Below, piece by piece: positions 59,935-64,000 of a stretch of DNA of 64,000 nt. The position numbers and the translations under genes are program-made. Each line of letters opens with the position of its first letter. Within the stretch, counting starts at the first letter, position 1. The DNA comes from Octopus bimaculoides (taxonomy: Eukaryota), in the NCBI RefSeq assembly GCF_001194135.2, contig NC_068999.1, positions 41,790,813 through 41,854,812 of the forward strand, written 5' to 3'. Below the pieces are notes generated by a model that saw only the letters and a program-made list of their open reading frames with translations, was not told the DNA's origin and did no database searches.

Positions 59935-60930
59935 CATATAATTTCAAATTTTCATTTAAGGCCAGCAATTTTAGAGACAGGATACTTGAGTTAAAGTGAA
60001 ATAACTGAAGAGTAATAAAGCTTAAAATAAAGATAGCCAGCAAGGAGGATAGATGTTGGTTTAATTGCTTCAAACCTTTGAGTATTATCAATATTATCAG
60101 TAAAATAAACATTATAAATCAGAACAGAATAGTTTGGAGAAGTAACAAGGGCAACATTAGTTCAATATTAGTTGAAGGAAAATAATGAAGGACTTCATAA
60201 GATTTTTCCCATAGAAATATAATAAACATTAGATTATAATCTTTTGAAATATTGACTGCATCTTTAGAGACAGAACAATATTTAATATTCACAACTACAC
60301 TGTGTTTGATTTGGTTTGATCTCTTATCCCCTGTGCTCAAACCACTTGAAATGTTGTGCAGATGTAAATATTAAAAAATTTAATCACTTAATCCTTCAGA
60401 TACCAAATTTCTGCCTTTGTTTCAATGAATTTGTAAGCTGGTGTTTGGAACATTAACATGGAATGTTGAGGGAAGCTTTCAATTTGGATCACTCCAAGCC
60501 TTTTGGTTTCATATTTCTAATGAAATACATTGCCTTTGTTTCAAGTAATTTTGAAAATAACGGAGAATTTACTAAAGTACTGTCATTATTAAGCTGGTGT
60601 TCAGAACATGAATTAAAATGAAATTTTGACAAAAGGTTTTAATTCAGTCCCCTTTGAAAAAATGAAATTTCCACCACTGAACCTCAAATGGTCTGAAGCA
60701 GTTTAGTATCCAAAGTGCTAAGACAAGGTTAATGGTTTGAAAAATTATCAGCTTATAAACAAAAGTATATCTTCAATAAATTTTCTAACTATTTTTGCTT
60801 TTAATTAGATGGAAAGAATTAAAGAACAAGTTGGATTTTAGACTTGAATCCTCTGCTCTTTTTTTATTCACCGTTTTCCTATATGTGTGTAATGCTATGG
60901 AAATAACCAGTAATGCTATGGCCAAATAAC

Positions 60931-61098
60931 CAGTGGTGTTGCCAGGAGCAGCCCTTCTATATGTTGTCCTCCACCCTGGGGTACCCAAATCTAGACAGGC
61001 TTATATAGCAGACCCAAAAGGGCTTCCCCTCATAAAGGTGCCACCTGGAACAGACCACACCTGCTTGTTTCCCCCCTGCCCCACTAGCTATGCTATTG
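60931..61098. mobile_element. Decayed hAT-like MITE
   Basis: cagtggtgttgccag / ctagctatgctattg; flanks caaataac / caaaagac (6/8 identical). Confidence 0.55.
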
Positions 61099-61788
61099 CA
61101 AAAGACTTGGTACAACCCACAGATCTAGTGATCATGTTTCTATCAAGTTGAATCTGTTAATTCACATTTTTACACACGAGTGGAAGAGTTCATTGGATTA
61201 CCAAAACCAGGAATCTGCAGCAAGTCATGCATTAATAATTGCTAGGCAGAGCATGTCATCATAAACTCCATCAGTTGGGAGGAAGATTCTCCATACTTCC
61301 AGAGAAGTATGGAGAATTATTTCCATTTATTTAATGTTAAAGAAACCAGAGTTAAAAAACCAAGTTTATTGAACTCTATATGGTTCACAGGTAGAATTAA
61401 TATAAGTTTAGTTTACACAGCAAACTGAAAGTTTCATTTGTTAAAATCTTTAGTAACCAAGCTTGGAACTTTTAAAAAGTTAAAGACATTATGTAAAACA
61501 ACTGAAATATAAACCCTGTTATTTATCATACATCGTTATCATTCATTAATTTTACAACGAAGAGAAGTAGCAACCCCATTGGGAGAGACTCCCTGATACC
61601 TGAGCTATGCATCCTGTTAAATAACATTACTTCAGAGATCTTTCAGAGGAACTCTATTTTGGCGGCTTGTTATTTGCCATTGTACTCTTTTGGTCATTGC
61701 TCGATATTCTCTAAGACTGTCTTTTAATTGTTGTCAGACATTGTATGAAAACATAGGAGCTTTTATCTCTAAGCCTATCTCTTAATTG

Positions 61789-62169
61789 TTGGAGTAAAGA
61801 TTTTTTGCCAACAAAACATAGCAGTCCTGGTTGCTGTAATGTTGCTGTAATTTAGCCCCAGGAGACATCTTCTCCAGCTGGTTATACGACACGATTTGTG
61901 TCCTTATATTTTGGAAGAAGGGAATCTAGCACCCCCACTCAGTTCAAAACAATATCTGTGTATCGTGATTTCAAGGTTATTTCCTTTCATCGTGATACAC
62001 AGATATTGTTCTGAGCTGAGTTGGGGTGCTAGATTTCTTGTTCAAAATTATAAGGACACAAATTGTGTCATATAGCCAGCTGGAACAATGTCTCCTGGGG
62101 CTAAACTACAGCAACATTCATCCTAAACCAGGACTGCCATGTTATGTTGGCAAACAATCTTTACTCCAA
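61789..62169. repeat. 381-bp fold-back element, arms of about 180 bp
   Basis: 61789-61969 is the reverse complement of 61989-62169 (about 85% identity by eye); related to 5364-5541. Confidence 0.92.
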
Positions 62170-63209
62170 AGTACTGTGGCTGAATATCTCTCGTTGTGAG
62201 ATTTACAAATAGTAATTTTCAAACTGTTAATTGTTGTTAGGCATTTTATGAAAAAATAGCTATGAACACCCTGCTCCCATGAAAAATAAAAAAGGGGGAT
62301 TTTTTTTGCTTTCATGTGGGAATATGAAAAATTTATGGTGAATTAGATATTTCCAACAAGCCATAAAAATATCTAAATGACAAATAAACCATGATAATAT
62401 GTNNNNNNNNNNNNNNNNNNNNNNNNNNNNNNNNNNNNNNNNNNNNNNNNNNNNNNNNNNNNNNNNNNNNNNNNNNNNNNNNNNNNNNNNNNNNNNNNNN
62501 NNNNNNNNNNNNNNNNNNNNNNNNNNNNNNNNNNNNNNNNNNNNNNNNNNNNNNNNNNNNNNNNNNNNNNNNNNNNNNNNNNNNNNNNNNNNNNNNNNNN
62601 NNNNNNNNNNNNNNNNNNNNNNNNNNNNNNNNNNNNNNNNNNNNNNNNNNNNNNNNNNNNNNNNNNNNNNNNNNNNNNNNNNNNNNNNNNNNNNNNNNNN
62701 NNNNNNNNNNNNNNNNNNNNNNNNNNNNNNNNNNNNNNNNNNNNNNNNNNNNNNNNNNNNNNNNNNNNNNNNNNNNNNNNNNNNNNNNNNNNNNNNNNNN
62801 NNNNNNNNNNNNNNNNNNNNNNNNNNNNNNNNNNNNNNNNNNNNNNNNNNNNNNNNNNNNNNNNNNNNNNNNNNNNNNNNNNNNNNNNNNNNNNNNNNNN
62901 NNNNNNNNNNNNNNNNNNNNNNNNNNNNNNNNNNNNNNNNNCACATGCACATATCTAGAACAAAAAAATTTTTATATTCCTGAAAGTACACAAGCTCCTA
63001 TTGATGGACCATTTCTAGACTGTTGAAAATAAAATAAGATATATAAAAATATAGATAAAATAATAAAATGGACAAAAAGAATAAAGACCCAGAAAAAAAT
63101 ATGGAAAAAATAAACCAATAAAAATAATAATGAAATTGTGCAGCCATCTCCAGCAATCCAAGCAAAGCGTGGTAATTTTTTTTTTTTTTGTGCAATGGTC
63201 AGTGTCAAC

Positions 63210-63368
63210 CTCGAATTAATATCTGTAAAAGGCTCATGTCGATTTTCTCTCCATTCAGTTCTATAAGGAACCAGTTGAGGTCCATGGCATTTATCATTCG
63301 AATTCCACGGAAATTTATAGTGATGAAGGTTGGCATTTCGTCTTCAACCATTACAATGACTGGACAAC
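63210..63368 (-). CDS. jbug: Filamin-like coding exon (most 5' exon found in window; not in the ORF track)
   Basis: ctctttcag|GT TGT CCA...CGA G|gttgac; GCPVIVMVEDEMPTFITINFRGIRMINAMDLNWFLIELNGEKIDMSLLQILIR; 159 nt, phase 1/1; joins to give IR-A-PNG. Donor is weak. Confidence 0.72.
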
Positions 63369-64000
63369 CTGAAAGAGATAAAGAAATAGTTATCTTGGAA
63401 TTTCATTATCAGCTGGGGGTGGCCATGTAATTTCACTACAATGAGACACCTGTTCCTGTCCTTCAATCATACTTTAACCTCTCAACGCCTGGTATAAGCC
63501 ATTGCTCCTCAATACTACAACCCCCACCCCACCACCTCAATCAAAGAATCTTATTTTGGAAGCTACTTGCTGACCTCACTAGTGCTGGTGACACATAAAA
63601 GCACCCAGTCTGTAAAGTGGTTGGCATTAAGAAAGGCAATCCAGCCATAGAAACCTTGCTGACATTTGAGTCCAACACAGTCATGTGATTAAGAAGCTTG
63701 CTTCCTAGCCATGTGGTTTCGGGTTCTATCTCAATGCCTGGTACTTTGGGCAAGTGCCTTCTACTGTAACCCTAGGCTGACTGATGCCACATGAGTGAAT
63801 TTGGTAGTGAATTTGGTAGTGAATTTAGGTTGAAGCCTGTTTTATATCATCATCATCATCATCCTTAAATGTCCATTTTCCAAGCTGTTATAGGTTGGAC
63901 AGTTTAACCAGAGCTGACAAGTAGGAGAGCTGCACCAGGTTCTAGTCTGATTTGGCATGGTTTCTATGGCTGGATACCCTTCCTAGCACCAACCACTTTA

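Overview
Eukaryotic, AT- and microsatellite-rich, gapped draft sequence. The repeat families look like those of Octopus (inference from recalled repeat motifs). Two intron-rich genes converge tail-to-tail. (1) The last 8 coding exons of propionyl-CoA carboxylase beta (PCCB, + strand, 1584..10084). (2) The last 13 coding exons of a jitterbug/FLN-2-type filamin (- strand, 63368..14319; about 7 filamin Ig repeats; every intron phase 1; 5' end outside the window). Top finding: a 1.3-kb, 438-codon Ser/Lys/Asn-rich exon (33286..31972) lies inside the filamin's 26-kb intron. It ends in a perfect phase-1 donor that joins in frame to the next filamin exon. This predicts an internally initiated isoform of about 951 aa, with a disordered head carrying an SxIP-like motif plus 5 Ig repeats and none of the upstream filamin sequence. 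The introns also hold several hammerhead-ribozyme motifs tied to Penelope-like element (PLE) remnants: one with an intact core and an unusually long stem II, and one fused behind a tRNA-like head. Other elements are a 5'LTR-gag remnant, a Tx1/L1 3' end inside a (TATC)n tract, an R4/Dong-like 3' end, MITEs, four fold-back hairpins and many SINEs. All exon boundaries, alignments and folds were read by eye; nothing was computed or searched.
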